Positions 9,755 through 19,528 of a DNA stretch of 64,000 nt are shown piece by piece (position 1 is the first letter of the stretch; every line of letters starts with the position of its first letter). The position numbers and the translations under genes were made by a program. The notes beneath the pieces were generated by a model. The model was given only the letters and a program-made list of their open reading frames with translations, did not search any database and had not been told where the DNA came from. The stretch is taken from contig JALGVJ010000001.1 in the NCBI GenBank assembly GCA_029838195.1, positions 32,001-96,000 of the forward strand, in the 5' to 3' direction. The DNA is from Promethearchaeota archaeon. GTDB taxonomy: Archaea > Asgardarchaeota > Lokiarchaeia > Sigyniarchaeales > SOKP01.

Positions 9755-10464
9755 GATACCTCATTATTCGAATCAGATTTTAATATTGCTGGATTATCGT
9801 GATAAATTAGACCCTTTTCTAAAATTTGATCGCGCAAGGTAAAGGAATGACCCGAAAGTTTTACCCCCTCTTGTATGACCGTGCCAGGCATTATAATACA
9901 TTTGGCTCCAATTAAAACATTATTTTCAATGCGAATTCTTTTTAAAATTAACACGTCAGGTTCTATCGCATGGCTAATAATAACAGTTCCTGCCCCAATA
10001 ATTACATTATTACCAATTGACACGAATTCTGAAGAGATCCAGCAATTATCACATAAGCATTGCTTTCCGATAGAAGTTCCAAAAAATCGTAGAGTAAACC
10101 TATTTTTACACCATGGAAAGGGATTGGATGCCATGACAAGCAAGGGCCATTTTTTTATTAAATTTCTTAAATTCCAAAAATAATAATCGGCATTCGAAAG
10201 ATTCCTTACAAAAATTCCTTCTCTAGGAACGTGGATTAGATTAATCAAATTTAACATGAGATATGAACAAAAAGTCGAACTAAATTGAAGAATGTACATC
10301 CCGACGAAAAAATTGAAAGGCAAAAAAAGGAAAAATAAGGCAAGATATTGGGAATTCCAGAAGTAGTAATAATAAAATAATTCAAAAATCGATAAAGGAA
10401 TAAAACTAATAAGGATCTCAAATAAATATAACCCAAAAAATCTTTTTCTTAAAAATTCATCCAC
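9751..10464 (-). CDS. Membrane-anchored hexapeptide-repeat (left-handed beta-helix) acyltransferase-like protein
   Basis: Two N-terminal TM helices, then FFGTSIGK...VSIGNNVIIGAG...IENNVLIGAKCIIMPG hexapeptide repeats; start uncertain. Confidence 0.75.
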   Translation of the reverse strand: MDEFLRKRFFGLYLFEILISFIPLSIFELFYYYYFWNSQYLALFFLFLPFNFFVGMYILQFSSTFCSYLMLNLINLIHVPREGIFVRNLSNADYYFWNLRNLIKKWPLLVMASNPFPWCKNRFTLRFFGTSIGKQCLCDNCWISSEFVSIGNNVIIGAGTVIISHAIEPDVLILKRIRIENNVLIGAKCIIMPGTVIQEGVKLSGHSFTLRDQILEKGLIYHDNPAILKSDSNNEVS

Positions 10465-10552
10465 CGGAGTGAGAGAAGCTCCTTTTAAACTAGCCGGTTG
10501 AAAAATTAATCATGCCACCTTTGATACATTTATTTTTTTTAATTGTTGATTG

Positions 10553-11401
10553 TTATGGTAATGGTTTATCTCCTCGGACTCGAGAAAGTTTTTCTTTAGA
10601 TTGCTCCACTGTTTGAATGGGAAAAGATTTTTTAACGGGAGTACCCACGTGAATCAAATTCCCTTTCAATCGTTGTCCTATCCATGTATAACTATTAGCT
10701 CCTAAGATTGCCTCATTTTCCATTATTGTTCCGGGAGATATGATACTCTGAGGTCCCACTATGCAGTATTTTCCTATTTTTACTTTACGAATAAGAACTT
10801 TATCGTGATAAATTAAATGAGAAAATATAAACGTGTTTAAAGAAGTCATGGTGAAATCTCCTATTTCCACGTATAACGGGTCGATGTATCCTTCATATAT
10901 AACTACTTTTTTACCAATGCGAGCTCCCAATAAATTATAACAAACAATATCTACCCATGGTAAGGGTAAGGCACGGGCAAGCCAAATGGGAAAATATGCC
11001 GTCCAAAACCTTCTATGCATGTACTTCCAATCTTTACTCCCCCTGAAAAAAACTCCTTCTCTAGGGGGATGGAAATAGTTCAATAGCCGGAAAATACCCG
11101 CTGAAAATAAGGACACTACAATAAAAAATAGGAATAAATTACCATAGATATTTAAGGGGAGAAGAAACCATTCGTACCATAATGCTTGGGAAGAAAAAGG
11201 ATAAATGGAAATCCCCGTTAATAAGAAATAAAGATGTCCAAGAAACCAAGCATTCACGATATATAAAACTAAACCTCCAACAAATAATTGAACTAAAATG
11301 ATTAAAGAAAAAGGTGTATTATATACTCCGGATGTAGAAATATATTTAATATTATCTTCTGTTTCTTCTAATTCTCCATTCATTTTCGATTCCTTAAACA
11401 T
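10553..11401 (-). CDS. Membrane-anchored hexapeptide-repeat acyltransferase-like protein (paralog of 9751-10464)
   Basis: TM helices, shared PREG.F motif, LLGARIGK...VEIGD...FSH...VKIGKYCIVGPQSIISPG...LGANS...G.P. Confidence 0.8.
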   Translation of the reverse strand: MFKESKMNGELEETEDNIKYISTSGVYNTPFSLIILVQLFVGGLVLYIVNAWFLGHLYFLLTGISIYPFSSQALWYEWFLLPLNIYGNLFLFFIVVSLFSAGIFRLLNYFHPPREGVFFRGSKDWKYMHRRFWTAYFPIWLARALPLPWVDIVCYNLLGARIGKKVVIYEGYIDPLYVEIGDFTMTSLNTFIFSHLIYHDKVLIRKVKIGKYCIVGPQSIISPGTIMENEAILGANSYTWIGQRLKGNLIHVGTPVKKSFPIQTVEQSKEKLSRVRGDKPLP

Positions 11402-11525
11402 GGATCATTCCTCTATGATAAAATCATCACTAGCTTAAATATTTAAATTTCAAATTATATATTATTATAAATAAATCACCCTTCATGTTAATAATATATC
11501 AAAATTAAAAATTTTTAATGAGATC

Positions 11526-12515
11526 ATGCCCGGAATCGAATGGGAGAAAGCAGAAGAAAGACCTGATAAAGCTCTTAAAGTAGAAGGACGCTTTCTCTTA
11601 GATCTAAGAGCTAAAGTAAATGACCTTGAAAAACAGCTCACCGAAACACGAAATAAATTAGCAGAAACTCAAAAAGATTTTGATACTACTACAAATAAAC
11701 TTGTCGAACTCTCGGGAAAACTCGACGATACAAACGCAGAACTGGAAAAAACTAGACAAAACCTGCGTGAAACCATCCAAGCAAAAGATCAACAAATTAA
11801 TGAGCTTACTCAACAAAATCAAGCCCTTAAAGGTGAAAAAGAATCGCTCACGGCAGAATTAAACACCCTTAAAGGTGAAAAAGAATCGCTCACGGCAGAA
11901 TTAAACGCCCTTAAAGGTGAAAAAGAATCGCTCACGGCAGAATTAAACGCCCTTAAAGGTGAAAAAGAAAAACTTCTAGCAGATATGGAAAAAATAAATT
12001 CTGAAAAAAATGCCCTTGAATCAGAGATTGAAAATTTAAAGAAGAATCAAGAAGCCCTCTTGGCTTCAAAAGACCAAGAACTTGCCTCTAAGGAACAAGA
12101 ACTTGCCAATTCTAACGAAAAAATCACTAATTTAGCAGCAGAAATAGATTCTTTAAAAGCACAACTTTCTGAATATAGTTCTCAGTTAGGAACGGCTTCG
12201 AGTTTGCAAGCACAATATGATGAACTAAAAACTAAATATGAAGAACTTGAAGCCATTCTCAAACAAAAAGATGAGGAATTAAAACAAAAAGATTTAAAAA
12301 TAAACGAGCTTAGAGCAGAATTAGATGAAATTAAAATGCCGGAAATAAGTCCGGCTACAATCTCAGCAGAAGAACGATTAACTTGTCCCATGTGTGGAGC
12401 AGTAGGTCATGATATTAAAAGCGTGGAAGATAAGACAAAAATCTTGAGTTATGTTGGTCATATTCCCATGTATGCTAAAAAGCACGTGTGTAAGAAATGC
12501 GGCTACGAATTCTGA
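11526..12515 (+). CDS. Long coiled-coil protein with C-terminal Zn ribbon
   Basis: Heptad pattern over ~250 aa; C-terminal CPMC...CKKC. Confidence 0.8.
   Translation: MPGIEWEKAEERPDKALKVEGRFLLDLRAKVNDLEKQLTETRNKLAETQKDFDTTTNKLVELSGKLDDTNAELEKTRQNLRETIQAKDQQINELTQQNQALKGEKESLTAELNTLKGEKESLTAELNALKGEKESLTAELNALKGEKEKLLADMEKINSEKNALESEIENLKKNQEALLASKDQELASKEQELANSNEKITNLAAEIDSLKAQLSEYSSQLGTASSLQAQYDELKTKYEELEAILKQKDEELKQKDLKINELRAELDEIKMPEISPATISAEERLTCPMCGAVGHDIKSVEDKTKILSYVGHIPMYAKKHVCKKCGYEF
11823..11969 (+). repeat. In-frame 42-bp tandem repeat, 3.5 copies (ALKGEKESLTAELN)
   Basis: gcccttaaaggtgaaaaagaatcgctcacggcagaattaaac at 11823, 11865 (one G>A) and 11907, plus a half copy at 11949. 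Confidence 0.97.
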
Positions 12516-12785
12516 ATCGTTTTATTTAAAACATGCTATTTAAAAACAAGTTGCCTTCTATTTCTTCTTATTATTTATCTTAATTTTTTTCTCAATGTCC
12601 CATTATCAGCATGAAAGCTTAATTAAAGAAAAAAATTAAACATGACTTTAATACCTTCGTTTCACGGATAAAAAAATAATTAATGGATAAAATTCCATTT
12701 AAAATATACTTGAAATTATTTAAGAATATTTATTATGTCTTAACGCTTCTTTAAAATATATCTAAAATAATCTCTGAATTTTAAG

Positions 12786-14225
12786 ATGAATTTGGAAAAG
12801 CTATTTAAACCCTCTTCTATGGCAGTTGTTGGCGTCTCTAAGAGTAATCCCCTTAGCCCCGGCAGAATAATTTTAGTTAAAAATCAGTTTGAAATGAACG
12901 TGAAAGTACATGGAATCCATCCTAAAGGAGGTGAAATTGAGGGGATTCCCTTATATGAGAAGCTAGATGAGTTGCCAGAAATTCCCGATTTGTTAGTAAT
13001 TGCCGTTAGCGCCGAAGATACCTTAGAATACATTCAACAATGCGCTGATTTAAAAATTCCCGCTGCAATAATTATTGGGGGTGGATTTGCTGAAATCGGC
13101 GGTGAGGGAATGAAGAGACAAGAAAAACTCGAAAAATTAGCTTTCGATAACGATATTGCTGTATTAGGACCTAATTGCATTGGAGTATACGCTCCTCCCT
13201 TGGTGGATACCATTTTTCTCCCTACAGAACGCATTACACGCCCCCCAAAGGGAAGCGTCGCCCTCATAAGTCAATCAGGTGGGGTTCTCATTGACCAATT
13301 TTTTGTAAAATTTAAAGAGAGAAATATCGGCGTATCCACAGCTGTATCGATAGGAAATCGGGCAGTAGTGGATGAGACCATGTTATTAGAATATTTTAGC
13401 AAAGTGGATAAAGAAACGAGCAATATTGCTTTTTACTTGGAAGGTTTTAAAGATAAAAGGGCAAGAGATTTCCTAAAAGCTGCAAAAGAATCTGAAGATA
13501 CGGTGATTGCTTTTTTCGGCGGAATTACCGAACAAGGCCGAATTGCTACGCAATCTCATACAGCAAGTTTGGCAGGAAATTCGAAGATACTATTCGGAGC
13601 CTTAAAACAATATCATGTGATTCATCCACACTCAGAACGCGAACTGCTAACATATTTAAAAGTATATGATGTATTATCTCAGAAGAAACAACCTTTTGGA
13701 CAAAAACGAATTGTATACGGAAATGTTGCCATTCTTAGTGTTTCAGGCGGTCATGGTGTAATCTGTTCGGACATGCTTCAAAAATATGGTTTGACACCTG
13801 TACGATTTACAGAAGAAGAAAAAAAACAAATGCATGACATTTTAAATCCAGTGGCTCGAGAAATCGCCTCATTTAACAATCCCATCGATTTAACGGGGTC
13901 CGTATTGGATAGAGATATTGAAAACATGATTAGTTTTTTATCTGATATTGAACGAATAGAATGCATTATATTATTACTCTTGCCTTACCCACCCAATATT
14001 TCATTTCAAATTGGAAGAAGAATTGCAAATGTCGTAGTTAGTAAGAAAAAACCCATTATTGCATTTTTGCCCTACGTAGAAAAATACTCGCTTATTATTG
14101 AGTCTTTAGAGCTTAGCAATATTCCGGTCTTTCATGAAATTAAGGAGGCAGTCCAGGCTGTGGCAGCTCTGAAATTAAGAACCAGAATTTATAATTTAAA
14201 GAAAAATAATATTTTTTGGGAATGA
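12786..14225 (+). CDS. acdA: Acyl-CoA synthetase (NDP-forming), alpha subunit
   Basis: LF.P.S.AVVG.S, GFAE.G, GPNCIG, SQSGG, S.GN, YLEG, SHTASLAG (phospho-His), NPIDLTG. Confidence 0.88.
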   Translation: MNLEKLFKPSSMAVVGVSKSNPLSPGRIILVKNQFEMNVKVHGIHPKGGEIEGIPLYEKLDELPEIPDLLVIAVSAEDTLEYIQQCADLKIPAAIIIGGGFAEIGGEGMKRQEKLEKLAFDNDIAVLGPNCIGVYAPPLVDTIFLPTERITRPPKGSVALISQSGGVLIDQFFVKFKERNIGVSTAVSIGNRAVVDETMLLEYFSKVDKETSNIAFYLEGFKDKRARDFLKAAKESEDTVIAFFGGITEQGRIATQSHTASLAGNSKILFGALKQYHVIHPHSERELLTYLKVYDVLSQKKQPFGQKRIVYGNVAILSVSGGHGVICSDMLQKYGLTPVRFTEEEKKQMHDILNPVAREIASFNNPIDLTGSVLDRDIENMISFLSDIERIECIILLLLPYPPNISFQIGRRIANVVVSKKKPIIAFLPYVEKYSLIIESLELSNIPVFHEIKEAVQAVAALKLRTRIYNLKKNNIFWE

Positions 14226-14339
14226 CGAGATAAATTTCACTCATTCTTTTAAAATGAAATCGTTAACTATTCGGAAATATATAAAGAACGATTAACGTGG
14301 GTTAAAAATAATTAAACATGAATTTCATTGAAATGAATC

Positions 14340-14598
14340 AAATACAATTAATTTTAAAATAGTTTTAAAAATGCCTTCATTAGTTTAAACACATGTACTT
14401 AAATTAATAATACGAATGAATAAAATAACAAATGATGAATAAAATATGAATTTCGCCCACTTAAATGAATATATGTATAATTTCATTGAGGAAGTTTGTA
14501 ATAAGATTGGTCCAAGAGAATCAGGCTCTGAGTCAGAGAAGCTGACTGGAGATAAAATAGAATCTGAATTAAAAAATTACTGTGATGAAACTTAGCAA
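14340..14598 (+). repeat. Direct repeat copy 1 (partner 17919-18178): upstream region plus 5' end of M28 peptidase gene
   Basis: ~259 bp with about six substitutions and one indel versus 17919-18178 (manual alignment). Confidence 0.95.
14446..14595 (+). pseudogene. Truncated 5' duplicate of the M28 peptidase gene
   Basis: MNFAHLNEYMYNFIEEVC... nearly identical to the first 49 codons of 18026; codon 50 TGG>TAG, then sequence switches to the IS remnant. Confidence 0.9.
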
Positions 14599-15018
14599 TC
14601 ATCGGCGGTATAAGAAAGCACGCATCTTGGTTTTCCTTCGAGAAAAAAAGAAATTTCATGATAAAAAGAAGGTGGCTCTCTATGGAAGAATATTCAGCAC
14701 TCACCAGAAGGCATCGAGAGATTTAAATCGACAACTTGCCCTTCACACGGGATATTTTATGAGAAAAGGATATCACCTCTACAAGGCGTATTCAGACGTG
14801 GGCTCCAGGCTCAATGGCAAGTGGAAATCGCTGTTAAAATTACTACAAGATGCTACAGTTGGGAAATTTGACGTCGTGCTGGCGAGTCACAAGGACTGCC
14901 TGTCTCACTTCGGTTACAACTCGTTGAAGCTTTCTTGAGTAGCTGGAGCGTGTCTCTTGAAGCAATGTATCCTCATGTCGTGGAAGATACCACTCATGGA
15001 GAACTCATTACCAATTAT
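14594..15018 (+). mobile_element. tnpA: Degenerate IS607-family TnpA (serine recombinase) remnant
   Basis: NHRRY (MerR-type HTH end), VALYGRIFS (decayed YARVSS), DLNRQ, YSDVGS.LN, LLKLL, KD.L..FG; frameshift near 14915 continuing QLVEAFLSSWSV...ELI; no tnpB seen. Confidence 0.8.
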
Positions 15019-15503
15019 AAAAAATTATAAGGTGGCGATGGGATAAGCCCTAGATTTTGGTACTCTAACTATAAATTTGGACAAAATGTCCCATCATCCC
15101 GTCGTTAGAGGAAACGGGCGTTGATCCGAAGATCAATCTTTTTTTTTCCTTGCCATCTCGTTCCCATGTTTATTTTCATCCCGAATTGGGATTCCTTTTC
15201 CTCATTTGAGGGAAATACTCATGTTTTCTTTCCCTTACATTTCTTTTCTAATACTTCATGAAAGCTTTTTTCCCTATCCTCACCTCGAGAGCTTATCAGA
15301 AATGGTTTCCTCTTTTTGTTTTAAGGAAGGATAAAGGAAGCTTTCTATATAAATATCATGGGCCAATGCATTTTTTAAATTTATCAGGGGGGATTGATAA
15401 TAATTTTTAAAAAGTCCAAGGATGTCCAATTTTTTGCTAACTTGTAACGACTGTATAATAAATATAAAACAATTTTAGAGTAATTTTTCTTATTTCCTCC
15501 TCT

Positions 15504-17135
15504 TTATATGAATTGGTAAACCGTTCCGCAAACATTTCCATCTGAAAAACTCTTAATTATTTTTAAATTAAAATTTTGTTTTATTTCTCTTAAATCTATA
15601 TAATTATCTGACACATAGTTTTTTATAAACCAAATTAAATAAACTTTCGGTTCATTTTCAATTGTTTCTTTAAATTCCGAAATATCTTCATCTTTATAGG
15701 GTAAGTTATAAGGTATAATAGTGGTACAAGTATATATCAAGTGAGGATCATTTGAATAAATTTTCCCATCCCATTCTTTATTTTGAACATATTTAATGAT
15801 TTCTGATTCCTTAAAATAATAATAGGTATATCCTCCTGCTCCTTTCTGCATTTCTCTGATGAGACTTTCATAATTATGGAAAAAAGGATGGATAAGAAGA
15901 ATTGATATCATGAAAATAATAATAATTTTTTCGAAAAGGAGAGGGATGCGATTATGTTTTAGAGCTTTAGGAAAAAAATTAAATCTTCTTGATAAAAATA
16001 CAAGTAAGGATTTGATTAGATAAATAAAATTTTTTAGAATAATTAAAATAATAGCAATAACATATAAATAGAGGGGTGATACTATTCTATTATTCATTAT
16101 ATCAAATCTGAATTGAAGTGCGGTATAGAACAAAAGAGAAGTATAACTTATCATCATTAATCCAATATGATAAAACTTAATTAAATAGATTTTATTTTCC
16201 CTATTTCTTTGAAAATCTAAAAATATTAAATAAGATCCTAAAATTCCAATTAAAATGAATCCACCTATTAAAAAAACTAATTTTATAACGTCCGGTAATA
16301 ATGACTTGACAAAAGGAATAATGTCTGGTGAAATGAGCCACGTAGCGACCGTATTAATAAATTGATATACATTTGATAAGAAAGGCCGGGGCGGAGGTCT
16401 TGCTCCTAAAAAAGTTCCCGTTATATAGAGATTTCTTAATATCCAAATGGATAATGGGATTAAAGATATTAAACAAAAGAGAAAAATAATTTTTATACGT
16501 CGAAACACGGAATATTCTTTTTCTATGAAAAGAAATTGAAATCCAAAAACAAGAATAACAAATATGCCAATATAGCGTTGTAAATTGCACAGAGCTGAAA
16601 TTATAGAAAGAATAAGAATATATTTCCTTTTTCGTTCTTTTGGTGCTTCAATTAGTTTAAAGAAATAAATTGAAAACAACGTTAATAATAGTATGAATAA
16701 GGGCTCTGTGCATGCATATTTAGAAACAAATAAGAGCGGGATCGAAAAAAGTATAAATAATTGCCCAACAATATCCAAGATTGAATCCTTTCCGAATTCT
16801 GAAAAAATTTTACGAGATAAGAAAACTATTAATCCAAACACAATTGCATTTACGAATCGGGCTCCAATATAAGGGTCGATCCCTAAAAATCCTAAAGATG
16901 CTAATAAGAGTGGAAAAAGGGGGGGAAATTGGGGCTCAGGATCATTCAGAAAACTCTCATATTTTCCGTTAGAAACTAAATTTCTTGCGATGGAGATATA
17001 TAGAGTCCCATCAGGAGTCATTGCAGCTCCATATTTAGAAGTCTTAAGAAGAACAAGAAAAACACCTATTAACCCTAATATAGTTGAAATAAAAAGTTCA
17101 ATTTTTCTTCTTTTCTCAAGAGAATGGAATTGCAT
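15504..17135 (-). CDS. GT-C fold membrane glycosyltransferase (ArnT/PMT-like)
   Basis: TPDG..Y...ARN, FPPLFPLLLA, TEPLF, L.RY.G, multiple TMs and a C-terminal extracellular domain. Confidence 0.8.
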   Translation of the reverse strand: MQFHSLEKRRKIELFISTILGLIGVFLVLLKTSKYGAAMTPDGTLYISIARNLVSNGKYESFLNDPEPQFPPLFPLLLASLGFLGIDPYIGARFVNAIVFGLIVFLSRKIFSEFGKDSILDIVGQLFILFSIPLLFVSKYACTEPLFILLLTLFSIYFFKLIEAPKERKRKYILILSIISALCNLQRYIGIFVILVFGFQFLFIEKEYSVFRRIKIIFLFCLISLIPLSIWILRNLYITGTFLGARPPPRPFLSNVYQFINTVATWLISPDIIPFVKSLLPDVIKLVFLIGGFILIGILGSYLIFLDFQRNRENKIYLIKFYHIGLMMISYTSLLFYTALQFRFDIMNNRIVSPLYLYVIAIILIILKNFIYLIKSLLVFLSRRFNFFPKALKHNRIPLLFEKIIIIFMISILLIHPFFHNYESLIREMQKGAGGYTYYYFKESEIIKYVQNKEWDGKIYSNDPHLIYTCTTIIPYNLPYKDEDISEFKETIENEPKVYLIWFIKNYVSDNYIDLREIKQNFNLKIIKSFSDGNVCGTVYQFI

Positions 17136-17340
17136 TTAAATCAAAAATTTTTAAATGATTAATTTTAGGACTATAAATTAAACATGATAGCTCAAATTTA
17201 AAGCTTTTTCAACCATAACGACAAGATTTGTGAAAAATTCTCCTTTCCTTCAAAAAGAATCTTCTTATACTCCTGCTTTGGATCGTTAGGGATTACTATT
17301 ATGTGAATTTGACCCTTTCTCTGTTTTATCTTTCCGAAGG

Positions 17341-17793
17341 ATCAAAAATTTAAAGGAAAGAGGAATTAGGATCTTAGACGTTACTAATAGAGATGGACTC
17401 CAAACGTCTCGTTTGGGAATGGCCAAAATCGAAAAGACTTTTTTAAACATTTTATTGAATCAAATGGGCGTGTATCAATCCGAAATGGGCTTTCTTACGA
17501 CAATTCACGAGATAAATTACATCAATGCAAATCTTAAATTAGTATGTATATGCGTCATAAAACCCATGAAACTTAGTGGTTGGATTCGGGCTATAGCTTC
17601 AGATGTTGAAAAAGCAGTTGAGCTAACACGTATTCGGCATCTTGATTTATCCATTTCTACTTCCAAGCTACTGATAGAAGGTAAATTTCAAGGAAAAAAT
17701 CATGAAGATGACATTCTCAATATGATGGTGGAAGCCGTAAAATTAGCCAGGGATTATGGAATTAAGACCATTGGAGTCAATGATCATATTTAA
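17341..17793 (+). pseudogene. N-terminal fragment of homocitrate/isopropylmalate-synthase-family (DRE-TIM) enzyme
   Basis: Frame extends upstream of the ORF call: IRILDVTNRDGLQTSRLG (DxTxRDGxQ motif); stops after TIGVN, far short of a full TIM barrel; no canonical start before the motif. Confidence 0.8.
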
Positions 17794-17832
17794 AATGCGT
17801 ACGTTTGAAAAAATAAAAAAAAAAAATTTAAA

Positions 17833-17916
17833 TTGGAAGGTTTTAAGGATAAAAGGGCAAGAGATTTCCTAAAAACTGCAATGGAATCTGAAGATAAGGT
17901 GATTACTTTTTTCGGC
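17833..17916 (+). repeat. 84-bp internal fragment of acdA (copy of 13437-13520)
   Basis: ttggaaggtttta.agataaaagggcaagagatttcc...ttttttcggc, about six substitutions. Confidence 0.93.
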
Positions 17917-17918
17917 TG

Positions 17919-18178
17919 AAATACAATTAATTTTAAAATAGTTTTTAAAAATACCTTCATTAGTTTAAACACATGTACTTAAATTAATAATACGAATGAA
18001 TAAAATAACAAATAATGAATAAAATATGAATTTCGCCCACTTAAATGAATACATGTATAATTTCATTGAGGAAGTTTGTAATGAGATTGGTCCAAGAGAA
18101 TCAGGCTCTGAGTCAGAGAAGCTGACTGGAGATAAAATAGAATCTGAATTAAAAAATTATTGTGATGAAACTTGGCAA
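17919..18178 (+). repeat. Direct repeat copy 2 (partner 14340-14598)
   Basis: Near-identical to 14340-14598; contains the start of the intact peptidase gene. Confidence 0.95.
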
Positions 18179-19279
18179 GAAAAATATATCGCCCATCCAA
18201 CAGCATTTCTTGGAGGAGTGCGGTATGGAACTGTGCTCGTTTTTGTATCTATCATAATGTATTGGGTATCCTTATTGACTGATCTTAATATGATACAACT
18301 CGAAATTAGTTGGAGCTATATCTTTATGATTATTGGAATAATAATATTATTTTTAGCAGATTCTTATTTTGTTTTGGAAGTAATGCGGTATCATGAAGTT
18401 TTTGATTTTTTGTTTCCGAAAAAAGATTCCAATAATATAGTAGGTGTCATTTACCCCACCAAGGAGGTAAAGCAATCAGTTATTTTTTCAGCCCATCATG
18501 ATTCTGCTTATGAATTCAATCTATTCTACTATTTTAAACGTTTTGGACAGAAAACAATAAATTTTGCTTATATAGGAATTGTATTTATCTTAATTGTTTT
18601 AATCGCGAAATTTATATTAAACATTTTTAACGTTCGGGCTAACATGATCTTTTTAATATTAGGAATTGCTTTTCTATTTTTTTTACCCATATTTATACCT
18701 TATTTATTTTTTCATTCATATAAAAGCGTTCTGGGAGCATGTGATAATTTATCTGGGGTTGCTATTATTCTTGGAATAGCAAGATATCTTTCAGAAAATA
18801 AAAAAGATTTTGTGCCTCAAAATACAAAAGTTTATTTTGTTTCTTTTGCTGGAGAGGAGGCTGGCATAAGGGGTGCTAAAAGATATGTAGACATGCATTA
18901 TCAACAGCTTAAAAATGAAAATACGAAAGTTGTAAATATAGATTCTATTGCAACCCCTGAAACTATTTTAATTGCAACTAAGGAAATTATCATTGGTGTT
19001 AAACATGAAAAAGAGATATATGAAAAACTCTATGAAATAGCAAAAGAAAACGGAATTAATGGAAAGATGGTCCCTATCACCTTCGGAGCCACGGATGGCG
19101 CTGCCTTTAGTAAGAAAAAGATTGCTGCCACTTCGATATCTGGATTAGATTTAGAAAATGAATTAGTTCCGTTTTATCATACTCGTTTAGACACTCCAGA
19201 AGTAGTCGATCCTAAAGCCCTTGGATTAATAGTGAAAATGTGCGTAAATTATTTAAAGAGAATTGATATGGAATCATGA
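18026..19279 (+). CDS. M28-family metallopeptidase with transmembrane insertions
   Basis: IGPR.SGS..E, SAHHDS, GACDNLSG, AGEEAG..G, TD, YHT..DT. Confidence 0.88.
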   Translation: MNFAHLNEYMYNFIEEVCNEIGPRESGSESEKLTGDKIESELKNYCDETWQEKYIAHPTAFLGGVRYGTVLVFVSIIMYWVSLLTDLNMIQLEISWSYIFMIIGIIILFLADSYFVLEVMRYHEVFDFLFPKKDSNNIVGVIYPTKEVKQSVIFSAHHDSAYEFNLFYYFKRFGQKTINFAYIGIVFILIVLIAKFILNIFNVRANMIFLILGIAFLFFLPIFIPYLFFHSYKSVLGACDNLSGVAIILGIARYLSENKKDFVPQNTKVYFVSFAGEEAGIRGAKRYVDMHYQQLKNENTKVVNIDSIATPETILIATKEIIIGVKHEKEIYEKLYEIAKENGINGKMVPITFGATDGAAFSKKKIAATSISGLDLENELVPFYHTRLDTPEVVDPKALGLIVKMCVNYLKRIDMES

Positions 19280-19528
19280 ATCATGTTTTTCTTTATATGA
19301 AACTATATAATCAAAACCATCTTAAAGACAATACTCTCATTTGTTCCATAAATTGGAAGAATATAAAGAAGCGGATCGAATTCTTTTATTAACCACGTGG
19401 AATGAGAAAATTTGTAATTCTTTATCCATTTAATTAACTGAAAAAATTAATATATAGAAATTTAAAAGATAAAAAGAATTTTTCCATATATTATTTAAAA
19501 TTATTCTCTCTTTTAATGGATTTATAGA

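Noticed and set aside
10465-10520. In-frame TGA (10510-12) upstream of the LbH gene as Sec, or a frameshift from the SD-preceded ATG at 10513
   Set aside because: No Cys context for Sec. Removing one T from a 5-T run would give MINFQPASLKG..., but this cannot be distinguished from a plain GTG start without reads.
11823-11969. CRISPR array
   Set aside because: Head-to-tail repeats with no spacers, in frame inside a CDS; no cas genes.
15019-15360. tRNA remnant or further IS gene after the tnpA remnant
   Set aside because: No cloverleaf or TTCGA loop, and no sustained reading frame recognised.
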